A stretch of DNA of 64,000 nt from Salinivirgaceae bacterium (GCA_016284875.1 JAEEPS010000002.1:18363-82362); one strand, 5' to 3'; counted from the first letter of the stretch, positions 9,052 through 18,343 are shown. Numbers and translations: made by a program. The notes: generated from the letters alone by a model not told the origin.

Positions 9052-10878
9052 TTAATGAGCCAGCAATCTTGAATTAGTATGTATCGGATTATCAAAGTAA
9101 AAATACCTCCAATAAGTCTTGGGGAACTTCTCATCAATCACATCCCTCAAATTTTCTGGTTTTGATGTCATTACTCTCGCAAAATCGGAAAATGAATTCC
9201 TTATATATGACGATAATTTAATCTGCTCTATTTCCGGATCTACATTTTCTGCAGTCGCCAAATAAAGAATGATTGCTTCTTGGTAGGCCTTCGGTAAATT
9301 GTTATTATCGATATTCAAAATACCTGACTTGATTACTTTTATGAAAGATTCCAAATCGTTTTGCAACAATAAACTGCAAGCAATATATTGAGCAGCAACC
9401 TTGTTTTCGCGATTAGCCATCAATATCATCAACATATTGTTTTGCCTACCGTGCATATAAAAATCCTCAACAACATGTGCCTCTCTGGTTTTTCTCAGAT
9501 AGTCAAGAGTGAAATCAGAATCGACATTATCTAATCCATTTATGATTTTTAACCGTTCTGCCACATATTTACGTGAAAACATTGTCTTTTCATACTTTGT
9601 CAAGAACTCTTTTGCCAAATCATAATCCCCAATAATAATCAAGCAATCAACAACATACCGCATTGTATAATGACTTGAAGTAAATGTGGTTTGAGCCTCA
9701 AAAGCATAATGAAGCGCATTTGTGACAAGCCCTAAATCATAATAAAACATTGCCACAGGCAGACAAACGCTCGTTGCTACTGGTTCATCAAGAAAAAGTG
9801 CATCTATTCCCAACATCTGTGGGTAGTTAAACATTTTATCTGCCAATTGATTCTTCTCAGCCAATGCCAAACAGTAATAAAAGTTGACATTGCGGTCGTA
9901 GTTCTTGCGTTCAAAAACTTTCGGATTTTTCTTCACATAACTCAGAATCTTGTCCCAATCATTATGATAAGCCGCCACTTCCATCTTATACGCCAATCGT
10001 TCCATTGGATTATCATAGTTCTTGGCCAGGAAAAAAACACCTACAAACAGGACGCAAAGAACACATGCTTTAGCCCATAAAGGTTTTAAAACGGATAGTA
10101 TTTTTTCTTTAAAAATGCCAATCAGCAGTAAAATAGGAATAAACAGAAGTATGAACAATTGTGAAATAGTAAAACCAAAATTTGTATACATAAAAGAATG
10201 CGGGAACACTTTGTAGAATGCCGCTTCTGAACTTATTGGCAAAACGAATTTGTATATCACAAACGGGAGCACAAGAGATACTGCCACCGCCGACAACAAA
10301 TTGACAAGGCGCTGCTGGCTTTTACCATAAAAATATAATATGCCACAACAAACCGCGAATATGTACAATGGTGTTGGTCCACACGACATATATATAAATA
10401 TAGCCACAAAAGGAGCAACAAACAGATACCATTTCCGTTGCTCCAACATAAGATGAATATTCAACACCGCCACCAGCAACAACGCCTTCATATTCACCAC
10501 AAAAGCATACTTCACATCAATCCATGTCACAAACATAAGAGCCACAGCCAACACATGTGCCCAAACCCAGACATATTCATTGTCGCCCGTCAGTTTACGC
10601 ACAAGTCTGCTTGTCAGGAATGCTGTCGCAAATAATTCTAAAACCAAAAACAGTGTTCCCCAGAATCGGAACATTGTGAACTGGTCGATGAAAGTTTGCA
10701 TATATTCAGACAAACCGCCAGGCACGCCAACTTTTGACCAGAAAAAATCAAAAGTTAGCACAAAGGCCGGCTGCTGAAAAATATTATAGCACAACGGATT
10801 AATAACAAAATAGACGAACCATGCCAAAACAGCGTAAGACACCGCGATGGGTATCCAGCAAATAGGTTTTCGTATCAT
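9052..10878 (-). CDS. Polytopic inner-membrane protein with C-terminal helical-repeat (TPR-like) domain; resembles the Bacteroidota DUF6057 family
   Basis: 608 aa. The first roughly 290 aa are runs of hydrophobic helices and the C-terminal half is soluble and helical (YYCLALAEKNQLADKMF..., IIGDYDLAKEFLTKYEK...). It lies 11 nt upstream of the propeller lipoprotein gene. The DUF assignment is from memory only. Confidence 0.5.
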   Translation of the reverse strand: MIRKPICWIPIAVSYAVLAWFVYFVINPLCYNIFQQPAFVLTFDFFWSKVGVPGGLSEYMQTFIDQFTMFRFWGTLFLVLELFATAFLTSRLVRKLTGDNEYVWVWAHVLAVALMFVTWIDVKYAFVVNMKALLLVAVLNIHLMLEQRKWYLFVAPFVAIFIYMSCGPTPLYIFAVCCGILYFYGKSQQRLVNLLSAVAVSLVLPFVIYKFVLPISSEAAFYKVFPHSFMYTNFGFTISQLFILLFIPILLLIGIFKEKILSVLKPLWAKACVLCVLFVGVFFLAKNYDNPMERLAYKMEVAAYHNDWDKILSYVKKNPKVFERKNYDRNVNFYYCLALAEKNQLADKMFNYPQMLGIDALFLDEPVATSVCLPVAMFYYDLGLVTNALHYAFEAQTTFTSSHYTMRYVVDCLIIIGDYDLAKEFLTKYEKTMFSRKYVAERLKIINGLDNVDSDFTLDYLRKTREAHVVEDFYMHGRQNNMLMILMANRENKVAAQYIACSLLLQNDLESFIKVIKSGILNIDNNNLPKAYQEAIILYLATAENVDPEIEQIKLSSYIRNSFSDFARVMTSKPENLRDVIDEKFPKTYWRYFYFDNPIHTNSRLLAH

Positions 10879-10980
10879 ACTGTCACAAATTTTAACGGCA
10901 CGAAAGTAGTAAAAAAATGTGTGAATTCTCTATTACGCTCCTTTGCATAGCCCATATAATAAATTTCTGTAAATTTTTCT

Positions 10981-10994
10981 TGCAACCGATTGCA
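10981..10994. promoter_or_regulatory. Candidate LacI-family operator (14-bp near-palindrome TGCAACCGATTGCA)
   Basis: Matches TGnAAnCGnTTnCA at every constrained position. It sits 47 nt upstream of the regulator ATG and about 20 nt upstream of a -7-like box. Confidence 0.5.
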
Positions 10995-11013
10995 AAACTT
11001 GTTGCGAAAGTTG

Positions 11014-11021
11014 TATATTTG
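11014..11021 (+). promoter_or_regulatory. Bacteroidetes-type -7 promoter element (TAtaTTTG)
   Basis: TATATTTG matches the TAnnTTTG consensus, 20 nt before the ATG at 11041. Confidence 0.4.
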
Positions 11022-11040
11022 CCAGACAAACATTCAGGGA

Positions 11041-12057
11041 ATGGATAAAAGCGAAATAACCATCTACGACATTGCCAAAGAGTTAGGAATTTCGGCTTCG
11101 ACTGTGAGCCGCGCGCTGAACAACAACGCCAGCGTGAGCCAGAAAACTCGGCAGGAAGTGGCCGACTGCGCTGAAAGGCTCGGCTACCGCAACAACCCCT
11201 TCGCTGCAAACCTTCGCAAGGGTACAACCAACACCATCGGCGTGATTGTGCACAGGCTGGACAGCCTTTTCATCTCGGCCTTCTTGAGCGGGGCGGAAAA
11301 GGCAGCGGCTTCGCGCGGATACCAACTAATTATAGTTCAGTCGTTTGAAGACTCGAACAAAGAGATTGCAAATGCCAAAACAATGCTCGAAAAGCGCGTG
11401 GACGGACTTCTGGTGGCTGTGGCCAAAAACAGCGACTCGGTGGCACACTTCAAGCCGTTCAACAACTTTGGCATTCCGCTCGTATTCTTCGACCGCATCA
11501 TCCCCAACCTTGACTGCGCAAGTTTCTCGATTGACAACTACTCGGCTGCCTGCAAAGTGGCCACTCACCTTGCAGAGCAAGGCTGCTGCGACATTGTGCA
11601 CGCCACTATCGAATCAACATCAATGGTGTATCGCGAGCGCGAGCGCGGATTCAACGAGACGCTAGACAGGCTCGGAATCAGGCACCGCACGCTGCTAATG
11701 CCGAACATCGATTTTGAGTCGGGTAAGGATTTGGCCAACTCACTGAAAGCCAACGGACAAATGCCCGACGGCGTGTTTTTCAGCAACGATATGTCGGCGG
11801 CGGGATTCATCACGGGCGTGCAGGATTTGGGAATGAAAGTGCCTGACGACGTGGCAGTTGTGGGCTTCAACAATGACATCACAAGTCGAATTGTGAAACC
11901 GAACCTGACAACCATCAACTACCCTGCCAACGAACTCGGAACAATGGCGACAAACCACATTATCGACCACCTGCAAGGTGTTAACAATCTGTATGTTACC
12001 AATCAAGTGGTGCTGAAATCGGATTTGATTGTGAGAGAGTCATCGATAAGGCATTAG
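11041..12057 (+). CDS. LacI-family transcriptional regulator
   Basis: N-terminal HTH ITIYDIAKELGISASTVSRALNN followed by a periplasmic-binding-protein-like sugar-binding fold. The start is trimmed from the track ORF (10990) to the ATG that precedes the HTH. Confidence 0.9.
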   Translation: MDKSEITIYDIAKELGISASTVSRALNNNASVSQKTRQEVADCAERLGYRNNPFAANLRKGTTNTIGVIVHRLDSLFISAFLSGAEKAAASRGYQLIIVQSFEDSNKEIANAKTMLEKRVDGLLVAVAKNSDSVAHFKPFNNFGIPLVFFDRIIPNLDCASFSIDNYSAACKVATHLAEQGCCDIVHATIESTSMVYRERERGFNETLDRLGIRHRTLLMPNIDFESGKDLANSLKANGQMPDGVFFSNDMSAAGFITGVQDLGMKVPDDVAVVGFNNDITSRIVKPNLTTINYPANELGTMATNHIIDHLQGVNNLYVTNQVVLKSDLIVRESSIRH

Positions 12058-12175
12058 GCAACAGGCACTAGGCATTAGGGTAGAATTATGAATTATGAAT
12101 TATGAATTATGAATTACGAATTACGATTCACCGATTAAACAATTCACCGATTCACCGAAAAAAGTCACCAATTAA
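12050..12175. repeat. Composite heptad-periodic repeat tract: GCATTAG-type units, (GAATTAT)x4 (GAATTAC)x2, then CACCGATT words
   Basis: Direct reading. The regulator stop codon TAG (12055-12057) is part of the first GGCATTAG unit. 18 nt (12063-12080) are identical to 50306-50323. Confidence 0.9.
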
Positions 12176-12186
12176 ACTATAAGGCA

Positions 12187-14295
12187 ATGAGAATCAAAAA
12201 TTTAACATCAATGACGTTTGTGGCGGCGGGACTGCTGGCCTTGGCTTCGTGCTCAAACAACAACACGCGTACAACCATCGGCGACGACGGTCACCTGCTG
12301 TGGTTCAACTCGTTACAAATGGAAGCGCCTGCTACGCTCGGCCCGACGACCTTGCAGATTGCGCAGGAAAACATTGCAAAATATTGGAAATCAGACCGCA
12401 AGGTTGAACTGGAACTGAACAGCGAAGCCGTGGCCGAACTTGGAACGGAAGGTTTTGAAATCGATTTTTCGGGCGCAAATATCTGTGCGTCAGCCAATAG
12501 CGAAGTTGGTCTGCTCTACGCTTCGTACGAACTTCTGCGCCTTCAGGAAACTGACGGACTGGCCGCTCAAAACGGCAAACTGACGAGCGTTCCCGCCTTC
12601 GAGCGCCGCGTGCTCAACCACTGGGACAACCTTGACGGCACCATTGAGCGCGGGTTTGCGGGACATTCGCTTTGGAAATGGGACGAAATCAATGCCGACG
12701 ACGTGGCCGCCAACAGCAACATCTACGCCGAATACGCCCGCGCCAACGCGTCGGTGGGCATCAACGGCACGGTGCTGAACAACGTGAACGCCAACGCCGA
12801 CATTCTGACCGAAGATTATCTGCTGAAAGTGAAGGCTTTAGCCGAGATTTTCCGCCCATACGGACTGAAGGTCTATCTGTCGCTGAACTTTGCGGCGCCA
12901 AAACATCTGGCCAACCTTGAAACATCAGACCCGCTTGATAATGAAGTGGTTGCGTGGTGGAATGCAAAGGTTGCCGAAATCTACAAACTGATTCCCGATT
13001 TTGGCGGTTTTCTGGTGAAAGCCAACTCTGAAGGGCAGTCGGGACCGCAGGACTACGGCCGCACTCACGCCGACGGTGCCAATATGATTGCCAAAGCGCT
13101 AGAGCCGTTTGGCGGAATTGTTATGTGGCGCGCCTTTGTGTACGACGCCAAAAGTCCCGACCGCGCCAAACAGGCGGTTGAAGAGTTTATGCCGCTCGAC
13201 GGCCAATTTGCTGATAATGTGTTGATTCAGATAAAGAACGGGCCTGTGGATTTCCAACCGCGCGAACCGTTCAGCCCGCTTTTCGGACAGTTTGAGAAGA
13301 CACAGGCAATGGTTGAAGTGCAGATTACGCAGGAATATCTGGGCCACTCTAACCATCTGGTGTTTATGCACCCAATGTGGAAAGAGTGCTTGGATTCAGA
13401 CACTTACGAGCGTGGCGAAGGCTCAACTGTGGGCGCCATCACCGAAGGCAAGGTTATGCCATATAAATACACGGCCATTGCGGGTGTGAGCAACGTGGGC
13501 AACGACCGCAACTGGTGCGGACACCATTTCGCGCAAGCAAACTGGTACGCCTACGGACGAATGGCGTGGAATCCCGAACTATCGTCAGAACAGATTGCTA
13601 ATGAATGGATTATGCAGACATTCTCGAAAGAGAAAGAGTTTGTTGAGCCTGTGAAAAAGATAATGCTGGCATCGCGCGAAGCGTGCGTGAAATACGAAAT
13701 GCCGCTCGGCCTGCACCACACCTTCAAAGGCCCCGACCACTACGGACCTGGCCCGTGGGACCGCTCTATCCGCCCCGACTGGGAACCCGCCTATTACCAC
13801 AAGGCTGCCGCCGACGGCGTGGGATTCGACCGCACAATGAAGGGCTCGGGCGCTGTGGCACAGTATCACGAGCCGCTGAAATCGCAGTTCGACAACGTGG
13901 CGACCTGCCCCGAAAACCTGATTCTGTGGTTCCACCACTTGCCGTGGGACTACAAAATGAAGAGCGGACGCACGCTCTGGGACGAGTTGTGCCTGACCTT
14001 CCAATCGGGTATCAACGACGCGCGCTCGTTCGTCGACATTTGGAACTCGGTCGAGCAATATGTTGACCCACTGCGTTTTGCCGACGTTAAAGTTCGGCTT
14101 GAGCGTCAGGCGAAGGACGCAATCTGGTGGCGCGACGCGACAATCCAATACTTCCAACAATTCTCGGGAATGAGCCTGCCCGACGGCTGTCAGCCGTTCC
14201 AACAGAAACTCGACAAACTTATGAAGTACCGCATCGGCATCACCAACTACGAGAATCCGAAGATTGAAACATTACCTGAATATCAGTTGAAGTAA
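12187..14295 (+). CDS. Alpha-glucuronidase, glycoside hydrolase family 67
   Basis: 702 aa with a lipoprotein-type signal (LALASCS) and GH67-typical segments RVLNHWDNLDGTIERGFAGHSLW and LVKANSEGQSGPQDYGRTH. Confidence 0.9.
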   Translation: MRIKNLTSMTFVAAGLLALASCSNNNTRTTIGDDGHLLWFNSLQMEAPATLGPTTLQIAQENIAKYWKSDRKVELELNSEAVAELGTEGFEIDFSGANICASANSEVGLLYASYELLRLQETDGLAAQNGKLTSVPAFERRVLNHWDNLDGTIERGFAGHSLWKWDEINADDVAANSNIYAEYARANASVGINGTVLNNVNANADILTEDYLLKVKALAEIFRPYGLKVYLSLNFAAPKHLANLETSDPLDNEVVAWWNAKVAEIYKLIPDFGGFLVKANSEGQSGPQDYGRTHADGANMIAKALEPFGGIVMWRAFVYDAKSPDRAKQAVEEFMPLDGQFADNVLIQIKNGPVDFQPREPFSPLFGQFEKTQAMVEVQITQEYLGHSNHLVFMHPMWKECLDSDTYERGEGSTVGAITEGKVMPYKYTAIAGVSNVGNDRNWCGHHFAQANWYAYGRMAWNPELSSEQIANEWIMQTFSKEKEFVEPVKKIMLASREACVKYEMPLGLHHTFKGPDHYGPGPWDRSIRPDWEPAYYHKAAADGVGFDRTMKGSGAVAQYHEPLKSQFDNVATCPENLILWFHHLPWDYKMKSGRTLWDELCLTFQSGINDARSFVDIWNSVEQYVDPLRFADVKVRLERQAKDAIWWRDATIQYFQQFSGMSLPDGCQPFQQKLDKLMKYRIGITNYENPKIETLPEYQLK

Positions 14296-14391
14296 ATTGA
14301 AAGTTGAAAATTGAAAATGAAAACTTTATGACTGAAGGCGCAGTTGAGAGACGGCAAAAGTCCGTTGTCTGAAGTCTGTGGTCTGAAGTCC
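14287..14391. repeat. Heptad-periodic repeats (TTGAAAn x4; GTCTGAA/GTCTGTG x3) flanking a short hairpin
   Basis: ttgaagtaaa ttgaaag ttgaaaa ttgaaaa tgaaaac overlaps the GH67 stop codon. It is followed by gtctgaa gtctgtg gtctgaa gtcc at 14367-14391. Confidence 0.75.
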
Positions 14392-14428
14392 AAAAATAGA
14401 ATCAAAAACATTTAAAAATCAAAGTATT

Positions 14429-15256
14429 ATGGACAACAACACTCAAATGTACAGCATTGAGGGCAAGGTTGCCATCATCACGGGCGCTGGTGGCGTTCTG
14501 GGTGGCAGCGTAGCCAAAAGTTTTATGCGCGCTGGCGCGAAAGTGGTGGCTCTTGACATCCGTCAGGAACAACTCGACAAACGCATCGAGGAACTGAACG
14601 CCATCGGCAACGGCGAGGCAATGGGCTTGATTTGCAACGTTTTGGACATCGATTCAATCAAAGCAATGGCCAACAAGGTGGTTGAGAAATGGGGCCGCAT
14701 CGACATCCTTATCAACATTGCAGGCGGCAATATGCCTGGCGCCACTCTCCGCCCCGACCAACCTATCTTCGATATGAAAATTGAGGACTGGAACAAGGTT
14801 ACCAACCTGAATATGAACGGAACAGTTTATCCGTCGATTGTGATTGGCGAGATTATGGCCAAACAGAAGAAGGGCGCAATGGTGAACATCTCGTCGATGG
14901 CCGCTCTGCAGTCGATGACCAACGTGCCTGGCTACTCGGCCGCAAAAGCCGCTGTAACTAACTTCACGCAGTGGATGGCAATGGAAATGGCGCTGAAATA
15001 TGGCGACGGCATCCGCGTGAACTCTGTTGCACCTGGATTCTTCATCGGCGACCAAAACCGCGCCGTGCTCTTGAACCCCGACGGCTCGCTCACCGAACGC
15101 AGTCATAAAGTGCTGGCAAACACACCAATGCGCCGCTTTGGCGACATCAACGAGTTGAACGGCGCCATCCAATTCCTGTGCTCTGACGCCGCATCGTTCA
15201 TCACTGGCGCCAACCTGCCAATCGACGGTGGATTCAGCACATTTAGTGGTGTATGA
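14429..15256 (+). CDS. uxuB: Short-chain dehydrogenase/reductase, D-mannonate oxidoreductase type
   Basis: 275 aa with the SDR Rossmann motif ITGAGGVLGG and the catalytic YSAAK. Its position immediately upstream of uxuA matches the Bacteroidales glucuronate pathway. Confidence 0.75.
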   Translation: MDNNTQMYSIEGKVAIITGAGGVLGGSVAKSFMRAGAKVVALDIRQEQLDKRIEELNAIGNGEAMGLICNVLDIDSIKAMANKVVEKWGRIDILINIAGGNMPGATLRPDQPIFDMKIEDWNKVTNLNMNGTVYPSIVIGEIMAKQKKGAMVNISSMAALQSMTNVPGYSAAKAAVTNFTQWMAMEMALKYGDGIRVNSVAPGFFIGDQNRAVLLNPDGSLTERSHKVLANTPMRRFGDINELNGAIQFLCSDAASFITGANLPIDGGFSTFSGV

Positions 15257-15289
15257 TTTTAGTTGTCAGATATTTATAACTGAATCAAT

Positions 15290-16510
15290 ATGCTAGAAAA
15301 GACCTGGCGCTGGTTCGGGTTCAACGACCCAATCACGCTCGACAATTTGGTACAAATGGGTGTTGAAGGCGTTGTGACGGCCTTGCACCACCTTCCCATC
15401 GGCGTTGTATGGGAGAAAGACGAGATTATGAAAGTGAAGAACGCCATCGAGGCGAAGGGAATGCGCTGGAGCGTGGTGGAGAGCCTGCCCGTGAGCGAGG
15501 CCATCAAAACCTGCTCGGCCGAGCGCGACCTGCACATCGAGAACTACAAGAAATCGCTGCGCAACCTTGGCGAGTGCGGCATCGACACTGTCTGCTACAA
15601 CTTTATGCCTGTGCTCGACTGGTCGCGTACATCGCTCACCTACAAGCACCCTGGCGGCGGCGAGGGACTTTACTTTGACTTCACAACCTTTGTGGCTTGG
15701 GACTGCTACATTCTCTGCCGCCCCAACGCCGAGAACGAATATCCCGCCGAGGTTGTGGCAAAGGCGAAGGAACTATTCAAGACCTTCAGCAAGGAGAAAT
15801 GCGAGGAGTTGACCTACATTATCATTGTGCTGACGCAAGGCTTTGTGAACGGCGTGATTGACGGTACTGTGAAAGACCCGAAAGCGCTGTTCCTGAAGTA
15901 CATATCGACTTACAAAGACATTGACAAGGAGAAGTTGCGCGCCAATATGAAGCGTTTTCTTGACGACGTGATTCCGACTTGCGAGAAGTACAACGTGAAC
16001 CTGTGCGTCCACCCCGACGACCCGCCGTACCCCGTTTTGGGTATGCCGCGCATCATCGGCTGTATGGACGACCTGGAGTGGCTGCGCAAGGCAAATCCGT
16101 CGTTGCGTAACGGCATCACCTATTGCACGGGCTCACTCTCGGGCCGCCCCGACAATGACCTGGTGGCCATTGCCGAGCGCTTTGCCGACGCCATCCACTT
16201 TGTGCACCTGCGCAACACGCAGCACTTGGACGATTTCAGTTTCTACGAGTCGGGCCACTTGAAAGGCAGCCTTGATATGCCTGCCATTGTGGAGGCTCTG
16301 CTCAAAGAGCAACAGCGCCGCATCCGCGAGGGCCGCAAGGACATTCGTATGCCCTTCCGCCCCGACCACGGCATCCGCATCCTGAACGACCTTGACCCCG
16401 ACAAGAACATCTACAACGCCGGATACCCGCTCTGCGGCCGTATGCGCGGCTTGGCAGAAATCTCGGGGCTTATGGCTGGAATTGAATATGAATTGACAAA
16501 GAAGAAATAA
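15290..16510 (+). CDS. uxuA: Mannonate dehydratase
   Basis: 406 aa with the characteristic N-terminus MLEKTWRWFGFNDPITL and a xylose-isomerase-like TIM barrel. Confidence 0.9.
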   Translation: MLEKTWRWFGFNDPITLDNLVQMGVEGVVTALHHLPIGVVWEKDEIMKVKNAIEAKGMRWSVVESLPVSEAIKTCSAERDLHIENYKKSLRNLGECGIDTVCYNFMPVLDWSRTSLTYKHPGGGEGLYFDFTTFVAWDCYILCRPNAENEYPAEVVAKAKELFKTFSKEKCEELTYIIIVLTQGFVNGVIDGTVKDPKALFLKYISTYKDIDKEKLRANMKRFLDDVIPTCEKYNVNLCVHPDDPPYPVLGMPRIIGCMDDLEWLRKANPSLRNGITYCTGSLSGRPDNDLVAIAERFADAIHFVHLRNTQHLDDFSFYESGHLKGSLDMPAIVEALLKEQQRRIREGRKDIRMPFRPDHGIRILNDLDPDKNIYNAGYPLCGRMRGLAEISGLMAGIEYELTKKK

Positions 16511-16536
16511 TTTGTTGAATTTCATGAATTTACAAT

Positions 16537-16574
16537 GTGGAGACGTCACAATTGTGGCGTCTCTACTTGTTTTT
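16537..16574 (+). terminator. Rho-independent terminator after uxuA
   Basis: GTGGAGACG ... CGTCTCTAC forms a 9-bp stem with one G-U pair, followed by TTGTTTTT. Confidence 0.6.
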
Positions 16575-16738
16575 AAGGGGCGATGCTAATGACGTTTGAC
16601 TGAAAATCAGAGATACTCCTGCCCTATCCGTGGAAAATTGACAAACAAAGTTTGTAAAACGATAAAGAGGGTAACACCGCCAAAAAGAATGATTATTTTT
16701 GTGTTATTATTGCATGAAATCATAAAAAGAGCCAATAT

Positions 16739-18343
16739 ATGAAACGAATCAGGACAAAATTATTGTTTGCGACATGCCTGTTGGCTATGGCGGGTTGCAT
16801 GAAAGACGACGTTGAAATCGACGAGTTTAAGTACACGCGCATGCCGAATCTTGCCGCGCCTGTTTTCTACGCCAACGTTGACTACAACGGCATTTTCAAA
16901 CATCTGGCAAAAAACAAGCCTCAAAACAACGCCAAAGTCGAGTTCGACAACGATGGACTTATATACCTGACATACAAGAAGAACTACGATGTTTCATGGA
17001 ATTCTGTGGCCGACATCAACGACATATATTGGTCCAACAATCAGTTATTCCCCACTGTAGCAGGCAAAAAAGTCTCTCAAAGAGTTTCAGACCAAATAAA
17101 AATGAACGCCGACGACTCCCAGAGGTTCGACACATTAATAATATCAAAGTCGACAATGACCGTGAAAGCCGCGAAATTGGATGTTGACGGCAACGGAACA
17201 ATGACCTTCCCCGAGATGACAAAAAACGGCAAAGCCCTGGAGGTCAAATGGAAACTCAATGAGGGAACCGAACAGACCATTGATGTTGCGGGCTACAAAA
17301 TCGTTCCAAAACACTCAACCGGAACAAGTTACATGACCAACAATATTGTATTGGAAGGAACTGCCTCGGCCTCTTCAACAACATCTCACCTGAATATTGA
17401 AATGACGATGACCGACATTGTTCCGCAAGTCATTTTCGGATATTTCGGCACTAAAAATGCCCTCAACCGTCAATCGGTCATGAACATCAATTTCTTCCAA
17501 AGCCACGAATTCCCCGATGAGGTTGAATTCACGGGCGCATTCATCAATCTCGATGTCAACAACTGGACCGGCACCCCGTTCAACTTGAAAATGGACGACA
17601 GGTTCATTGTCAAGAGCAACAAAGACTCCCTTCCCGTCAGTCTGCTGAAAGACAATCCATTATATATCGAGCAGATTGATTATACCGACTATCGCGCCGA
17701 CGGAAAATACAACCCGAAGCACAACTATTTCCTGATTGACACCACAAACTCCAACCTCAACGCCATACTGAACTGTTCGCCAAACAGTTACGACTACACG
17801 TTGGAAATCACAACGAATCCGAACGGAGAGCAATCGGAAAACTTCCTGACCGAAGAATCAAAACTTTTAGCCGACGTGCAACTTTACATTCCATTCTGGC
17901 TGAAAATCACCGATTTGACTCGCGAGGATACCATCGACTTCGACCTAAATAACATCATTCTAGATGCCGACAACGCCAAATATGTTGACTCCATCACCCT
18001 CTATTTCGATTTCGACAATGGCTTCCCTATAACCCTCTGGTCGCAAGCCTACCTTGTTGATGAGAAAAATATGGTTGTCGATTCGCTGTTCAACGGCCGC
18101 GAGCAATTATGGAACACACCGCAATTAGACCAGAACAAACGAGTGTCGAAATGGACCGCAACTCACAGCCGCGTCACTATGGACAACGAGAAAATTGTTG
18201 ACTGCTCAAAAAAGAATGTGAAGAAAATAATACTTCACACAGGAATTTCAACAACTGGCGCCAAGACGAATCAATATCTGAAATTCTATAAAGAATACGG
18301 GTTGACAATGAATCTGTCGTTCGAAGTATTAAGCAAAAAGTAA
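16739..18343 (+). CDS. Hypothetical lipoprotein (534 aa)
   Basis: Signal peptide with lipobox LAMAGC. No recognisable catalytic motifs. The stop overlaps the next start (TAATG). Confidence 0.6.
   Translation: MKRIRTKLLFATCLLAMAGCMKDDVEIDEFKYTRMPNLAAPVFYANVDYNGIFKHLAKNKPQNNAKVEFDNDGLIYLTYKKNYDVSWNSVADINDIYWSNNQLFPTVAGKKVSQRVSDQIKMNADDSQRFDTLIISKSTMTVKAAKLDVDGNGTMTFPEMTKNGKALEVKWKLNEGTEQTIDVAGYKIVPKHSTGTSYMTNNIVLEGTASASSTTSHLNIEMTMTDIVPQVIFGYFGTKNALNRQSVMNINFFQSHEFPDEVEFTGAFINLDVNNWTGTPFNLKMDDRFIVKSNKDSLPVSLLKDNPLYIEQIDYTDYRADGKYNPKHNYFLIDTTNSNLNAILNCSPNSYDYTLEITTNPNGEQSENFLTEESKLLADVQLYIPFWLKITDLTREDTIDFDLNNIILDADNAKYVDSITLYFDFDNGFPITLWSQAYLVDEKNMVVDSLFNGREQLWNTPQLDQNKRVSKWTATHSRVTMDNEKIVDCSKKNVKKIILHTGISTTGAKTNQYLKFYKEYGLTMNLSFEVLSKK

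Noticed and set aside
10892-11227. 111-aa minus-strand ORF spanning the lacI promoter and start
   Set aside because: It overlaps the HTH-coding region of the regulator on the opposite strand and has a Cys/Arg-rich composition, so it is probably spurious.
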